A DNA stretch of 420 bases from a phage: the sequence record MW984356.1. One strand, given 5' to 3'. Below are positions 1-420 of this stretch, piece by piece (the stretch's first letter is position 1; each line of letters opens with the position of its first letter). The notes beneath the pieces are model-generated. The model was given only the letters and a program-made list of their open reading frames with translations. It was not told the origin of the DNA and ran no database searches. Both the position numbers and the translations under genes were made by a program.

Positions 1-45
1 GTTTTTTCGCAAAATTCTTTAGTGGTACCTTTCTATTCTCACTCT
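1..45 (+). other. C-terminal part of the pIII signal (leader) peptide, ending at the leader-peptidase cleavage site ...PFYSHS; residues upstream of the KpnI site differ from the canonical leader
   Basis: Seen in sequence: 22-45 encodes V V P F Y S H S (GTG GTA CCT TTC TAT TCT CAC TCT), identical to the engineered M13KE leader end as I recall it. Positions 4-21 encode F S Q N S L where the canonical vector has L F A I P L. Established knowledge: cleavage occurs after SHS. Confidence 0.8.
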
Positions 46-420
46 GAGCCTTGGGTGCATTTGAATTATTGGGTTAGTAGGGGTGGAGGTTCGGCCGAAA
101 CTGTTGAAAGTTGTTTAGCAAAATCCCATACAGAAAATTCATTTACTAACGTCTGGAAAGACGACAAAACTTTAGATCGTTACGCTAACTATGAGGGCTG
201 TCTGTGGAATGCTACAGGCGTTGTAGTTTGTACTGGTGACGAAACTCAGTGTTACGGTACATGGGTTCCTATTGGGCTTGCTATCCCTGAAAATGAGGGT
301 GGTGGCTCTGAGGGTGGCGGTTCTGAGGGTGGCGGTTCTGAGGGTGGCGGTACTAAACCTCCTGAGTACGGTGATACACCTATTCCGGGCTATACTTATA
401 TCAACCTCTCGACGCTGCCC
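1..420 (+). CDS. gIII: Partial CDS (both ends outside the window) of phage M13 gene III minor coat protein pIII, as an engineered N-terminal peptide-display fusion (leader - 12-mer - GGGS - mature pIII N1 - Gly linker - start of N2)
   Basis: Seen in sequence: frame +1 (codons at 1-3, 4-6, ...) has no stop codon over all 140 codons. From 94 it translates to AETVESCLAKSHTENSFTNVWKDDKTLDRYANYEGCLWNATGVVVCTGDETQCYGTWVPIGLAIPENEGGGSEGGGSEGGGSEGGGTKPPEYGDTPIPGYTYIN. Established knowledge: this is the N-terminus of mature M13 pIII, recognised from memory and not database-checked. Confidence 0.93.
24..29. other. KpnI/Acc65I recognition site (GGTACC), the 5' cloning site of the display vector
   Basis: Seen in sequence: GGTACC at 24-29 inside the leader codons GTG GTA CCT. 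Established knowledge: wild-type M13 has GTT GTT CCT here, so the site is an engineered vector feature. Confidence 0.85.
46..81 (+). other. Synthetic randomized library insert: 12 NNK codons encoding the displayed peptide EPWVHLNYWVSR
   Basis: Seen in sequence: codons GAG CCT TGG GTG CAT TTG AAT TAT TGG GTT AGT AGG; every third position is G or T, with no stop or amber codon. The insert sits exactly between the leader end (TCT at 43-45) and the GGGS spacer (82-93), the insertion point of Ph.D.-type libraries. Confidence 0.9.
82..93 (+). other. Engineered Gly-Gly-Gly-Ser spacer between the displayed peptide and mature pIII
   Basis: Seen in sequence: GGT GGA GGT TCG at 82-93, immediately followed by GCC GAA ACT (A-E-T, mature pIII residues 1-3). 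Established knowledge: this spacer is absent from wild-type M13 and characteristic of the M13KE display design. Confidence 0.88.
92..97. other. EagI recognition site (CGGCCG), the 3' cloning site of the display vector
   Basis: Seen in sequence: CGGCCG at 92-97, spanning the TCG GCC G junction of spacer and mature pIII. Established knowledge: the site is engineered; wild-type has TCC GCT GAA here. Confidence 0.85.
94..294 (+). other. pIII N1 domain (mature residues 1-67), which mediates TolA binding during infection; includes four Cys that form two disulfides
   Basis: Seen in sequence: translation AETVESCLAKSHTEN...WVPIGLAIPEN, with Cys codons at 112-114, 199-201, 229-231 and 250-252. Established knowledge: N1 domain boundaries and the C7-C36 / C46-C53 disulfide pairing of g3p. 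Confidence 0.85.
295..351 (+). repeat. Native glycine-rich linker G1 of pIII, encoded as a tandem 15-bp repeat (three full units plus a 12-bp partial), peptide EGGGSEGGGSEGGGSEGGG
   Basis: Seen in sequence: units gagggtggtggctct (295-309), gagggtggcggttct (310-324), gagggtggcggttct (325-339) and gagggtggcggt (340-351). All are in frame +1 and coding. Confidence 0.9.
352..420 (+). other. N-terminal part of the pIII N2 domain (F-pilus binding); the last ~15 nt deviate from canonical M13
   Basis: Seen in sequence: 352-405 translates TKPPEYGDTPIPGYTYIN, matching pIII. Codons 406-420 give L S T L P where canonical M13 has P L D G T..., consistent with a missing C in the C-run at 405-407 plus further mismatches. 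Confidence 0.75.

Noticed and set aside
1-45. Promoter, ribosome-binding site or start codon of gene III within the window
   Set aside because: The window begins inside the leader coding region. The gene III start codon and its upstream signals lie 5' of position 1 and cannot be seen.
46-81. Assigning a specific binding target or known published identity to EPWVHLNYWVSR
   Set aside because: I do not recognise the peptide with confidence and target specificity cannot be derived from sequence. Naming a target would be invention.
191-295. Internal ATG triplets (191-193, 261-263, 293-295) as possible alternative start codons
   Set aside because: All are out of frame relative to the open +1 frame and lie inside the well-characterised pIII N1 coding region. 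No ribosome-binding context suggests independent initiation.
295-351. Tandem direct repeats that could superficially suggest a CRISPR array or minisatellite
   Set aside because: Units are 15 bp, contiguous with no spacers, in frame and coding for a Gly/Ser linker inside a continuous ORF. This is the known pIII G1 linker.
1-420. Possibility that the window encodes a previously undescribed natural biological system, as the prompt suggests
   Set aside because: Every segment is accounted for by a well-known engineered phage-display vector layout. The only non-vector sequence is a 36-nt NNK-patterned synthetic insert.
1-420. A minus-strand gene overlapping gene III
   Set aside because: I did not systematically translate the reverse strand, so I claim no feature there. 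Ff phage genes are all encoded on one strand and the + strand ORF explains the whole window.

Overview
This window is not a novel natural system. It is a partial coding sequence of filamentous phage (Ff/M13) gene III, the minor coat protein pIII, carrying an engineered N-terminal peptide-display insert. The architecture matches, from memory, the M13KE / Ph.D.-12 type phage-display vector: leader ending ...VVPFYSHS with a KpnI/Acc65I site, then 12 randomized codons, a GGT GGA GGT TCG (GGGS) spacer overlapping an EagI site, then mature pIII starting AETVESCLAKSHTEN. The 12 insert codons (46-81) all end in G or T, consistent with NNK synthesis, and encode EPWVHLNYWVSR. Frame +1 is open across all 420 nt; the start and stop codons lie outside the window. 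Downstream are the pIII N1 domain, the native (E-G-G-G-S)-type glycine linker encoded as a 15-bp tandem repeat, and the beginning of N2. Both ends of the window (about 1-21 and 405-420) deviate from the canonical vector/M13 sequence as I recall it, most simply explained as read-end base-calling errors. No RNA genes, mobile elements, CRISPR arrays or promoters are supported.
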